A DNA stretch of 64,000 nucleotides from positions 12 to 64,011 of the forward strand of contig JAHZKG010000056.1 in assembly GCA_022600515.1 (NCBI GenBank), given 5' to 3'. Position numbers and translations under genes: made by a program. Source of the DNA: Gammaproteobacteria bacterium (GTDB taxonomy: Bacteria > Pseudomonadota > Gammaproteobacteria > Legionellales > Legionellaceae). The notes beneath the pieces were generated by a model that did not search any database, was not told the origin of the DNA, and was given only the letters and a program-made list of their open reading frames with translations. Positions 1-9,299 of this stretch are shown one piece after another (position 1 is the stretch's first letter; every line of letters starts with the position of its first letter).

Positions 1-255
1 TATCACTTGCAGGAGGCGCAAAGCTCATGGTATCTGATGCCGCTGCTAGCGCAAGCACAGGGAAAAAAGTGGATAATAGGATCAGCAACAAATATTTCCA
101 CCGCAAAGGCATACTGTTTTACCCCAAAAATTACAGTGATGACACCAAGCACCACCATCAAGATTACATCTAATATACCACCTTAAAAGATTTGGTACAC
201 GTGCCATAGAAACCACATGAAAACACGCAGCTCATGCCGTCGTACCAATTAATAC

Positions 256-3096
256 TTACTCTTTTTTCGTCCCCTTAGAGGTTGCGTTACCTGTGCCTAG
301 CGCACCACCGACCATACTGGCTCCTTTCTTTCCAACCTCACCCAAACCTCCGACCAGCCCTTTCGTTGTTGCGGCGCCTGCGTCACCTGTTGATTTTCCT
401 GCCTCACCTACTTTACCTTTTGCTTCATCACCCCATTGCTGTGCGTCTTGTCCTGCTGACTCAGGTTGTCCGCCAATCCAACGCAGTACTTTATCCGGCA
501 GCACAGCAATCAATGTAAATGCTTTCTGAACAATCGTAAGATACAACATCACAAACATTAATGCGGCAAAGAACATACCAAAATATTGAGTCCATGGTAT
601 CCCCGTCAACGAGGTGATATCTTTTGCGGCCCACATGGTATCTCCTTGCAAGTAAGTCAAAACCTGCGAGAACCCTGTGCTCATAATCCATACCCCAACA
701 AATGAGAGTGCAATAGCTGCAATATAGCCAATAATCATCATACCGGGCCTTAGAAACACATTAAGTAAAATCATAAACCCAGCTTCACTTTTACCCAAAG
801 CATCATGCCCTTCCGGGTGCGCTATCCCTAAAGCGACAATGGGCGCTGCAACCATCGCCTCAATTACCGTAATCAACCATGCAATCGAGCCAAAGGTAAA
901 GATCATATACGGCATAAACGGAATAAAATACGAGGTTAAAAAGCCAATCCCAACCATCGTGCCCAACCAAGCAAAAAAGATAGGTCCGGCGACCAACATT
1001 AAGGCATAAAACGGTCCTAGAAAAGAGCCTGGAATAGCCGCAACAGCTAATAACAACCAAACATCCATCGCAAAATCAATATACGTCTGTCCCATTTGCG
1101 CCAGTGCAATAATCGGGTTAATTCCTTCTGTTGTTAGTATGGCTGTTCCATTTTGAAAAATAGTACTAAATCCAACCATAGGATAAATAATAAAAATCGA
1201 TATAAGATTGTGAATCGCATTTTTCATGAAGCTAACAAAATCGCTTATCAAGGGCGAGATAAGATCGTTCCAAAGGCTCTTTGTAATCAGATTCGGTAAA
1301 CACTTACCGATAACATGGAACCAATTACTACTGCTACACTTAAATGAGAGACTAGGGGTCGTAAAATCGCCGTTAATAGAGGCTGATGCACCGCCTTTAA
1401 TATCAATTGTTACCGCGGCACCTTCTTGTCCTGGTAAATCAATGAGCGCTGCATTCGCCGCATAGCCATATACCGTTGAAGAAGCCACACCACCATACCC
1501 TGTCATTCCTTGTGAAAAATCAGTTGCGGACAGTGCTGTCATACCATTTAACCCTTGGCCATTAATTAATGTCACCAAATTGTCTATAGGGGTCATATTG
1601 TTAATCGTAAAAAAATCACATAGGGCTGCATATGTGCCATCGCAAGCACTGCTTGAAAACGCATCGGTGAGAAGCGACACATTAAAAGAACTATTCGACA
1701 GACCTGTATCGGAATCTGTTGTAGTGCTGCTTGCAGCAGAGCCATTTAAGAGCGCTAAATCAAAGAAATAGCTCCCGGCCATAATCCAGCCATACTTTTC
1801 TGCAGTGGAAATAAAAGCCCGCTCTTTCGTGGCTGTATCCCCATCTGAAGCAGAACCCATTAAATTTAAAGTTGATGCCATAATGGCATTATAATCAGCC
1901 ACTGCATCTTGTAGCTCTGTTCCCTCTAACAACACAGGCGTTGATATAACCGAATCAGCACCCCAGTTTGGACAAGCATCACCTAAGCTCGTGCATGTCA
2001 CACCATCTGCGGTTTGAGCTACACCAAATTGTGATACAGCAACAGCCGATGTTTCGTCATCAGTTGCCGAGTCAGGATTAATTTGCGGATCGTTGTTGAC
2101 CATGATTTTTGCTGTGGTGAGCAAATCCAAATACATTTGTTCAACTGCTGCCGCGCGCGAAGCCTGTATAGACTCAGCCGATGTTGAAGCAATCGTCGAT
2201 GTCACACTGCTCACATCATCTGGCGGCAAACCATTCCAATTAATCGTACCACAGATACCCGTCAAGCTCGCATAAATAGAGTTACTATCCGTAATCGACG
2301 GCATACTAATCGCAAACGTTTCTTGGGTTGTGCTGCTTGGCTTGTGCTGCTCATTGTAAGCCGTTAATGGACTCACGGTATCTGCAAAATTAGGGACTGA
2401 TTGCTCACAAAACGCTGCCATTGTTGTTGATGGCGTGCCAGAGCATTGCCCCGATCCTTTCTCTTTGGCCGCTAAATAATTCGTACGTAATGCCTCAAGC
2501 TGCTTCTGAAGGCCTGCCATACAAACTTGCCCATACAACATGTTCGCAGCACCTTGAATAATTTCACTATTAGCAGCACCCATAGAAATATCAGGTGCCA
2601 TGTTAGCCTGAATAATCACACCGCCGGAATTCAAATAACCGAGTGCTGTTCCCCAAATTTTATCTGCAACCCCAACGCCTTGTAACACCACCCACATGAC
2701 AAAAATTTGCATCAAACAATAGCCTGAGGCCTTCGGAATCAAAAAAGAAAGGCCTATAGTTGCACGCACAGGCACCCAAATAGAGGACCATTTTTGACCG
2801 AGCATCTGGCCTTCATGTGCGGTATTCATGGTTGACACTAAAATGATATACATGACTACAATGCCGCCCAGCGCTAAAACCGCGGCATTAAATACACCAA
2901 ACATGGCCCCCATGATTTGGCTGCCCGTGCCATGAAGGACGCCGTCAACCATACCAAAAAGATTGCCTAAAAAAGTAACTGAAATATCGCTTGCTGGTGG
3001 CACAAAACTGATACTGCTTGATGTGTCAGCTAAGGCTAGCGCGGGGGGAAAAAATGACAGCATGGTAAGTACAAAACACTTCCATCGCACACTCAT
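256..3096 (-). CDS. dotA: Dot/Icm type IVB secretion protein DotA
   Basis: 946-aa ORF with a signal peptide (PPALALA/DT). It carries the conserved DotA N-terminal blocks GNLFGMVDGVLHGTGSQIMGAMFGVFNAAVLALGG, HEGQMLGQKWSSIWVPVR and KASGYCLMQIFVMWVV. A long polar middle is followed by a multi-TM C-terminal half. The start overlaps the icmV stop (ATGA at 3093-3096). Confidence 0.85.
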   Translation of the reverse strand: MSVRWKCFVLTMLSFFPPALALADTSSSISFVPPASDISVTFLGNLFGMVDGVLHGTGSQIMGAMFGVFNAAVLALGGIVVMYIILVSTMNTAHEGQMLGQKWSSIWVPVRATIGLSFLIPKASGYCLMQIFVMWVVLQGVGVADKIWGTALGYLNSGGVIIQANMAPDISMGAANSEIIQGAANMLYGQVCMAGLQKQLEALRTNYLAAKEKGSGQCSGTPSTTMAAFCEQSVPNFADTVSPLTAYNEQHKPSSTTQETFAISMPSITDSNSIYASLTGICGTINWNGLPPDDVSSVTSTIASTSAESIQASRAAAVEQMYLDLLTTAKIMVNNDPQINPDSATDDETSAVAVSQFGVAQTADGVTCTSLGDACPNWGADSVISTPVLLEGTELQDAVADYNAIMASTLNLMGSASDGDTATKERAFISTAEKYGWIMAGSYFFDLALLNGSAASSTTTDSDTGLSNSSFNVSLLTDAFSSSACDGTYAALCDFFTINNMTPIDNLVTLINGQGLNGMTALSATDFSQGMTGYGGVASSTVYGYAANAALIDLPGQEGAAVTIDIKGGASASINGDFTTPSLSFKCSSSNWFHVIGKCLPNLITKSLWNDLISPLISDFVSFMKNAIHNLISIFIIYPMVGFSTIFQNGTAILTTEGINPIIALAQMGQTYIDFAMDVWLLLAVAAIPGSFLGPFYALMLVAGPIFFAWLGTMVGIGFLTSYFIPFMPYMIFTFGSIAWLITVIEAMVAAPIVALGIAHPEGHDALGKSEAGFMILLNVFLRPGMMIIGYIAAIALSFVGVWIMSTGFSQVLTYLQGDTMWAAKDITSLTGIPWTQYFGMFFAALMFVMLYLTIVQKAFTLIAVLPDKVLRWIGGQPESAGQDAQQWGDEAKGKVGEAGKSTGDAGAATTKGLVGGLGEVGKKGASMVGGALGTGNATSKGTKKE

Positions 3097-3551
3097 ACTT
3101 TTCTTCCTCCTAATAAGCCCTCATGAAGCCATGTTTTCCATGAACATCCCAGTTTTTTAACTTTAATTTGAAAGTACCAAAAATGATATCGAGCAGCGAG
3201 TGTCAAAGTGATTAGAATCACGGAGCATGTTAATAACAAACCAATCATACTGCCATAAAACACTTGGTATATACCATACCAAAATAACCCCACGGCAATA
3301 AGCAACATCAAAATACTCATTCTAAATAATGCGCGTTGCTGCTCTAATATTTGCCCATCAGTTAGATTTAAACGGCCTTGCGCCGCTTTAAACGATTCAG
3401 ATGCTTTTTTAGGCTGAGGAACAAACATTTTTTTAAAAATACTCACAATATATGCTGAAAACCCCTGTAACCTATCCGCATCACTCCAAAAACGAAAAGG
3501 GAAAATACGGGAAAATTTCGTAGCTAACCCCGGATCTGTTTTTTTTGGCAT
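3093..3551 (-). CDS. icmV: Dot/Icm protein IcmV (small inner-membrane protein)
   Basis: 152 aa with two hydrophobic helices (MSILMLLIAVGLFWYGIY, LLLTCSVILITLTLAA) and an AAGGA SD before the ATG. It lies directly upstream of dotA, is translationally coupled to it, and is divergent from icmW, as in Legionella. The call rests mainly on size and synteny. Confidence 0.7.
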   Translation of the reverse strand: MPKKTDPGLATKFSRIFPFRFWSDADRLQGFSAYIVSIFKKMFVPQPKKASESFKAAQGRLNLTDGQILEQQRALFRMSILMLLIAVGLFWYGIYQVFYGSMIGLLLTCSVILITLTLAARYHFWYFQIKVKKLGCSWKTWLHEGLLGGRKV

Positions 3552-3700
3552 GGTTATCCTTATTCAGCACTTAAACAATAAAATACTTACTTTTTATTCA
3601 CATCTGAGTATGATAATAAATTGAATCCTTGACATTAATCAATCAATTGTTCATAAACTGTTAATCATTTTATACTATTTTATCTTACATTGAGTAGAAC

Positions 3701-4156
3701 ATGCCTAACCTCAGTCATCAAGCATCAGCCGAATATTGGTCTAGCTATAAAGATCCTATTATTTATCGCGTCATTACCTTTATGGAAAGCGTTGAAGACT
3801 GGACGCTTGACGGAGATGATACACTTGAAGAGGCGGTTAACCTGCTGGGTGAAGCGCTTGATAATTTAGCATCTGTCGACCTCAATCAACTCAACGAAGC
3901 CAAACGTTTCGTTGAATTAGCAGCAAACATTAAAACCGGGCGAGGCTTACGTCTGTTGCAAGCGCTTGATACAGCGCACCCCGGAAGCGCCTCAAAAGTA
4001 TTAATGTATGCTGAAGAAAATAGCGCCAACGGACAAGGGCCCGCTAGTTTCTTTCTTAAACGAAACATTGTTTTTGAACGACTACGTTTATTATCCCGCA
4101 CTTTTTCTAAAGACCGTTTAACCCTCGTTGCCCAAGCCCTAGAAGGAGAAGAATAA
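3701..4156 (+). CDS. icmW: Dot/Icm substrate-chaperone/adaptor IcmW
   Basis: 151-aa soluble ORF with blocks I recognise as IcmW family: YRVITFMESVEDWTLDG, GRGLRLLQALDTAHPGSASKVL, FFLKRNIVFERLRLLSR. Confidence 0.85.
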   Translation: MPNLSHQASAEYWSSYKDPIIYRVITFMESVEDWTLDGDDTLEEAVNLLGEALDNLASVDLNQLNEAKRFVELAANIKTGRGLRLLQALDTAHPGSASKVLMYAEENSANGQGPASFFLKRNIVFERLRLLSRTFSKDRLTLVAQALEGEE

Positions 4157-5478
4157 TGTACCTACTTCGCCATATTGTACCGAGTATTTTGTTGCTGATT
4201 TCATGTCAACTCCACGCAGATACAACAAGCACAATGGATAGCGGCGACGAGACACTCTCCGAATACCTCAAAAACTTAGGGGCTGATTTTGGCTTTGATG
4301 TCACACAATCAGTCAAAGATCCTGTTGCAACCTTGCTGGATCTTTCAGCGTCAACCCTTGCCCAACAATATGCTTTTGTCACCCTACTCGGTGCTATCCC
4401 TGTCAACGCTTACAGTGATGCCTTTGCCTATTTTGTACCATCAGATTCAAGCACTTATACAGCCATCAATGACATGGCGAACTATACCTATCAAACACAG
4501 CCTAACGCTTCGTCGTATAATAATACCTCAACAGGTGAATCAGGCGGCATTTCTGTTTCTAGTCTTATTGACCAAGAAACATATCAAAAAGACCCGGTTT
4601 CCCAAGCAATATTAAATATGCTTGCAACCCCATCTGTTACCTATTGCTTAGACAACTCGGTTGATGCATGGCTCGACAGTTGCAGCTATCTATATAACTC
4701 AAAAGTCGCATCAAACGTCGTGGGTACCTTGCCAGACACAGACACTTTTTTTACCTATGACTACAATGAAAAAATTATCCCTCAACTTAATAGCAACACG
4801 TTGATGGCCCCTCTTTTATATACCACCACAACAACGGATACATCAACATCAAGCACCAGTGGCAGTTCTTCGGATGATGATGGACTGACCGCTAAAAACC
4901 AAGCACAAGAAGCGCAAAACTTTATTCGCTACGCCATGCAATTGGTGGTGCCACTTTCTTTTGTCAAACGTTCCGATTACAGTGCACTCTACGCCCAGGT
5001 CACAACCACCTCAACAGATACAGCCAGTTTGCTTGCTAAAGGACTCGCGGAAGAAGGTATCGCAAAATATATTTCTAAATTGCGCAGCTTTATAGCCCAG
5101 CGCTCGGTTGCCATCTCGAATATGGTTTATATACAATCAAAACGTCTCCCTCAGGCCCAAAGCAGCAGTGATTCAACCCAAACCAGCCAAGCACTGAGTG
5201 AATTTGAAATGGCAACACGTCGTCTCTACAATCCATCTAAAAAAGATTCAGGCGATACAAAGCAGTGGATTGACAACATCAATGATGCATCCACTGCAAC
5301 CGTTCAAAAAGAAATGGCTATTTTACTCTCCGAAATGAATTATCAGATGTATTTAAACCGCATGCAAAATGAGCGTATACTCTCAACGTTATCGGTCATG
5401 CTCATGAGCGGCTTAAAAGAACCTGACTTCTCATCTGATGCATTCATAGACACCAGTGCAGACGACTCAAACAGCTGA
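4156..5478 (+). CDS. icmX: Dot/Icm periplasmic protein IcmX
   Basis: 440 aa with a signal peptide (ILLLISCQLHA/DT) and a Thr/Ser/Asp low-complexity stretch (TTTTTDTSTSSTSGSSSDDD). An AAGGAG SD and a TAATG overlap couple it to icmW. The position matches icmX in Legionella/Coxiella loci, so the call is largely synteny-based. Confidence 0.72.
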   Translation: MYLLRHIVPSILLLISCQLHADTTSTMDSGDETLSEYLKNLGADFGFDVTQSVKDPVATLLDLSASTLAQQYAFVTLLGAIPVNAYSDAFAYFVPSDSSTYTAINDMANYTYQTQPNASSYNNTSTGESGGISVSSLIDQETYQKDPVSQAILNMLATPSVTYCLDNSVDAWLDSCSYLYNSKVASNVVGTLPDTDTFFTYDYNEKIIPQLNSNTLMAPLLYTTTTTDTSTSSTSGSSSDDDGLTAKNQAQEAQNFIRYAMQLVVPLSFVKRSDYSALYAQVTTTSTDTASLLAKGLAEEGIAKYISKLRSFIAQRSVAISNMVYIQSKRLPQAQSSSDSTQTSQALSEFEMATRRLYNPSKKDSGDTKQWIDNINDASTATVQKEMAILLSEMNYQMYLNRMQNERILSTLSVMLMSGLKEPDFSSDAFIDTSADDSNS

Positions 5479-6504
5479 TGCTTTAATCGATGTGAAAAAA
5501 AGATTGAGCCTTGCCATGACCGCATCAACAGACACAAGGGTCATGGCCCACGCTTCGTGGACTTGAGTGCCCCAGGGGACCGTATTAACCGACTGCTGTT
5601 TTTCTTTAAGCGCTAAAGGATAGGCATTCACTGCCAACGCTCGAAAGGTATAAGGCCCTGAAACATCAACGTTGGTCACAGCATGTAATGCTATCACCGG
5701 GGTTCCCATTGCTGCCGCCATATGTGCAGGCCCTGTGTCTGGGCATAAGACCAATGTCGCCAAATCAATCAATGCCAACAACTGCTTTGGTGTACTCTGC
5801 CCAATTAAATTTGTAACAGGTACTCCCGCTGCAATCACCTCTCCAAATGCCTTGTCCTGCGCACCAGGACCACCGATTAAAATCACTTGCATAGGCCAGC
5901 GTGATAGCACAAAACGAATCACTTGAATATAATCTGCCGCAAACCAACTGCGTTCAGGCTTACTTGCCGCAGGATTAATAACCAATAGCGGCAGATTATT
6001 TGACTCGACCTTCGAACGCGCCCAAACGTATGCCGCTTGATCAACCGGCAAATCCCAAACAGGTGGTGCCATGGGCACACCCAGCACCGCTGCAAACTTC
6101 AAAAAACCATCCAGCGTATGATCACGCCCAGGCTCAATGGTTTCATGCACAAACCACCGATGCCCATCGTTTGCACGCGCTTTATCATATCCAATTTTGC
6201 GCGCAGCTCGAATACACGGATATAAACAATTTGCTCGAAGGCTCGCTTGTGCGGCAAGTAACACATCAAATCGACGTGTCTGGAGCTTACGTTTAAAACG
6301 CCAATAATCTGCAAGGCTCTTCGGTTTATCTAATACAATAAACTCAATCTCTTGCAGCTCATCAACCAGCGTATAAGCAAATGGAGAAATCACCCATGTG
6401 ATTTTAGCGTCGGGATAATACCGCTGTAGCGCACGCACCAACGGCACAAACATTAAAACATCGCCAAGCGCTGATAAACGAACCAAACAAATACTACGAA
6501 TCAT
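5467..6504 (-). CDS. Glycosyltransferase family 9 (LPS heptosyltransferase-like)
   Basis: N-terminus MIRSICLVRLSALGDVLMFVPLVRAL and C-terminal TGPAHMAAAMGTPVIALH are typical of the WaaC/WaaF family. I moved the start to the ATG at 6504, which overlaps the upstream stop as TAATG. The track's 6552 start would run 49 nt into the upstream gene. Confidence 0.75.
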   Translation of the reverse strand: MIRSICLVRLSALGDVLMFVPLVRALQRYYPDAKITWVISPFAYTLVDELQEIEFIVLDKPKSLADYWRFKRKLQTRRFDVLLAAQASLRANCLYPCIRAARKIGYDKARANDGHRWFVHETIEPGRDHTLDGFLKFAAVLGVPMAPPVWDLPVDQAAYVWARSKVESNNLPLLVINPAASKPERSWFAADYIQVIRFVLSRWPMQVILIGGPGAQDKAFGEVIAAGVPVTNLIGQSTPKQLLALIDLATLVLCPDTGPAHMAAAMGTPVIALHAVTNVDVSGPYTFRALAVNAYPLALKEKQQSVNTVPWGTQVHEAWAMTLVSVDAVMARLNLFFTSIKASAV

Positions 6505-6704
6505 TATGACACAGCATTTTTTAAGGTATACAGCGTTCCACAATACGGACACCTTACTTGCCCGGTTTTCTCTATAGGCAAATAGACTTTAGGATGCGCG
6601 TTCCAAAGCACTGATGCATCTGGAGGACAGCGCAAAGGCAAATCTTTTTGATACACCATTTGCTTCTTATGTGAACAGGATTGTTTTTTATTTACGTTTG
6701 CCAT
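6504..6704 (-). CDS. Small zinc-finger (CHCC-type, NDUFS6 C-terminal-like) protein
   Basis: 66 aa ending in HPKVYLPIEKTGQVRCPYCGTLYTL (H...C-x2-C). It overlaps the miaA stop by 13 nt and is coupled to the GT9 gene. Confidence 0.55.
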   Translation of the reverse strand: MANVNKKQSCSHKKQMVYQKDLPLRCPPDASVLWNAHPKVYLPIEKTGQVRCPYCGTLYTLKNAVS

Positions 6705-7669
6705 GATAAATCCTCAGATTGGGAGGCTTGATTATCTAATATCAAATGCAAGAGCTCAAGCACTGCATCAAAACATTTTGCATTTTCCGGATCAAATCGA
6801 TACGCATTGGGCCAGGTTCGGAGCCATGTCAACTGACGCTTGGCAAGCTGCCGTGTTGCAGCAACTCCACGCTCACAAAATGTTTTAAAATCACACTGGT
6901 CCGCTTGATAATCCAAGGCCTGTCGGTAACCTACACTGCGCATTGCCGGCATATCGGGCGTTAGTTCAAAACGTTGTTTTAGCTTTGTTACTTCATCTAG
7001 AAAGCCCATAGAAAGCATTTGCTCAAACCGTTTTCCAATCCGCTCATGCAGCCAGGCCCGACGTTCAGGATATAAAATTAATTCAATAAAACAATAACGA
7101 GCCGTACAAGCGCTACGAGCTGACGCATCATGATTCAAAACCTCGGACAATGGTTTTCCTGTGGTATAAAACACCTCAAGCGCACGTTGAATGCGCTGTG
7201 CATCATTTGGATGAAGTCTTTCCGCTGTTATATTATCTAACGCCTGCAATTTCTGGTGCAAATAAGGCCAGCCCTTTTCTTTAGCCTCAAGCAACAGCGT
7301 TTGTCGTAAAACAGGATCGGCAGCAGGTAAAGCAGATAATCCATTTTTAAATGCTCGAAAATACATCATACTCCCACCCACTAACAACGGAGTATGTCCA
7401 CGCGCTAAAATATCATCGCATAACGCCTGTGCATCTTCACAAAATGCAGCAACCGAATAGGGCTCTGTTGGATCACGAATATCAATCAAATGATGCGGCG
7501 CCAAAGCAAGTAACGCACTATCTGGCTTTGCTGTACCAATGTCCATGCCACGATACACCATGGCCGAATCAACACTAATAATTTCACACGGAAAGGCTTG
7601 TAAAAGCGCACACGCCATGTCTGTTTTTCCAGAGGCCGTTGGCCCCATCAAAGCAATCACATTACGCAC
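6692..7669 (-). CDS. miaA: tRNA dimethylallyltransferase
   Basis: P-loop MGPTASGKTDMA, then ISVDSAMVYRGMDIGTAKP and HHLID. Position downstream of mutL. Confidence 0.95.
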   Translation of the reverse strand: MRNVIALMGPTASGKTDMACALLQAFPCEIISVDSAMVYRGMDIGTAKPDSALLALAPHHLIDIRDPTEPYSVAAFCEDAQALCDDILARGHTPLLVGGSMMYFRAFKNGLSALPAADPVLRQTLLLEAKEKGWPYLHQKLQALDNITAERLHPNDAQRIQRALEVFYTTGKPLSEVLNHDASARSACTARYCFIELILYPERRAWLHERIGKRFEQMLSMGFLDEVTKLKQRFELTPDMPAMRSVGYRQALDYQADQCDFKTFCERGVAATRQLAKRQLTWLRTWPNAYRFDPENAKCFDAVLELLHLILDNQASQSEDLSWQT

Positions 7670-9299
7670 AATCTAATACCTTATGACAACCGGCAATATC
7701 CAAGCACATGCTTATTTTTTTATTTTGTTTGTTTGTTTTAACCCAAACTTTCCAATACGCAATTAATCCACACTGCTCATCTTCTGTCATTGCCATCGCA
7801 TTAACAAGCTCGGACTCTATCAATAATTGTAGCCATACGCGTTCATTTAAATCCAACGCATCCAATTCAACGGCAAAAAATAGCTTTAAAAAGCAATTTA
7901 AATCTAAACCAGGCAACACCTTCGGAATAGCAGAAATACGCACAGCATTGTGTTGACGTACCTCAAAAATAAACCCAAATTTTTCCAATATAGATTGATG
8001 CGCTGCAAGTTTCGATAGGCCGTCTTCTGGTACATCGAGTACAACTGGCACCAACAGTGGTCTTGCCTCCCAAGGATATGGCGCTTGACTCAACTCACTT
8101 AAACGTGCGGACTGATGCAGTCGTTCAACATGAATCAAATAAGACAAGCGTTCATGGATTAAAACAGCAAACGTTGTATTTAAAACCACCCAGGATTTTT
8201 TTGAGTAATACTCAATATCAGACTGAGCATTAAGATCAGCCGCTTGGGAGTCATCTTCTGATAACGCATGATTTGACGCTATACTCGGACTTACCTCTGC
8301 CACTAAAGACCGCGTGGAGCGCATTTCTATAATCGCTAAACGAATTAAATCATGTACCGCCCTTGCATCAGAGAAACGCACTTCATATTTGCTTGGATGA
8401 ACATTAATATCAATTTCATCTAACGGTAAACTTAAAAATAAAACACACGCAGGGTAGCGTCCCTCAGGCAAAATATCAGCATACGCCTGCCTTAAGGCAT
8501 GCATAATTAATTTGTCTCGAACCACTCGCTGATTAATATAAACCCATAATTTATCTTGCTGGCTGCGTGCGTAGCCCGGGCCACTCACCCAGCCATGAAG
8601 ACGCATTTGGCCACGCGTAACATCAATAAAAACGGCGTCATCAACAAAAGCTTTACCCAATAGCTTTGTTAAGCGAACGCGCTGCGCTCGCTCAGAAGGC
8701 GCTGCTGGTAACTGTAAGCAAAGCTTCGCATTATGGCTCAGTGTTAGAGCTACCGCCGGCCGAGTAAACGCTATGCGTTTCACAAGCGCCTCAATGGCTT
8801 GATATTCTTGTGCTGCTGACTTCAAAAATTTCTTTCTAACGGGGGCATTAAAAAAAAGATCTTGCACTTCAATGCTTGTGCCTTTATTTCTCGCGCAAGG
8901 AAGGAGTCGGATGCCTTGCTCATCGCTTTCTAAACACATGCCATGCGCCTCGGTCGGCTCGCGAGACTGGATAAAAACACGTGAAACGGCACAAATACTG
9001 GCTAATGCTTCTCCTCGAAAGCCCATGCTCTGAATAAGGTACAAATCATCTAATACTTTAAGTTTACTGGTTGCATGTGCCGCAATTGCAAGCGGCAAAT
9101 CTTCTGATAAAATACCATCACCATCATCACTAATTTTGATTTGATTCAATCCACCAAAACCAATTTGAATATCAATATTTTTTGCCCCAGCATCCAGGGC
9201 ATTTTCAAGTAATTCTTTCACCACTGATGCAGGCCGCTCAATGACTTCACCCGCGGCAATTTGATTTGCAACATGAGGAGACAGCGTTTGTATTCTCAT
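7662..9299 (-). CDS. mutL: DNA mismatch repair protein MutL
   Basis: GHKL N-terminus LSPHVANQIAAGEVIERPASVVKELLENALDAGA and GFRGEALASI. 545 aa. Confidence 0.95.
   Translation of the reverse strand: MRIQTLSPHVANQIAAGEVIERPASVVKELLENALDAGAKNIDIQIGFGGLNQIKISDDGDGILSEDLPLAIAAHATSKLKVLDDLYLIQSMGFRGEALASICAVSRVFIQSREPTEAHGMCLESDEQGIRLLPCARNKGTSIEVQDLFFNAPVRKKFLKSAAQEYQAIEALVKRIAFTRPAVALTLSHNAKLCLQLPAAPSERAQRVRLTKLLGKAFVDDAVFIDVTRGQMRLHGWVSGPGYARSQQDKLWVYINQRVVRDKLIMHALRQAYADILPEGRYPACVLFLSLPLDEIDINVHPSKYEVRFSDARAVHDLIRLAIIEMRSTRSLVAEVSPSIASNHALSEDDSQAADLNAQSDIEYYSKKSWVVLNTTFAVLIHERLSYLIHVERLHQSARLSELSQAPYPWEARPLLVPVVLDVPEDGLSKLAAHQSILEKFGFIFEVRQHNAVRISAIPKVLPGLDLNCFLKLFFAVELDALDLNERVWLQLLIESELVNAMAMTEDEQCGLIAYWKVWVKTNKQNKKISMCLDIAGCHKVLDCA

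Noticed and set aside
1-255. Possible truncated gene at the left window edge. Plus-strand frame 1 is open from nt 1 to a TAA at 184-186. The minus strand has a 51-aa hydrophobic ORF (158..3).
   Set aside because: Both strands are open, both ORFs fall below the 60-aa threshold, and neither has a recognisable motif. I cannot tell which is real, if either, without sequence beyond the edge.
5467-6552. Track ORF starts that extend into upstream genes: 6552 for GT9, 47776 for ftsE, 18304 for the GDPD gene, 53895 for the TlpA-like gene, 30587 for the OMF gene, 33404 for lpxD, 38743 for the OMP gene, 26714 for the HTH gene and 12111 for sspA.
   Set aside because: The longest-ORF starts (often TTG/GTG) overlap neighbouring genes or lack an SD. 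Downstream starts give canonical N-termini, signal peptides and SD spacing, so I trimmed them in the feature list.
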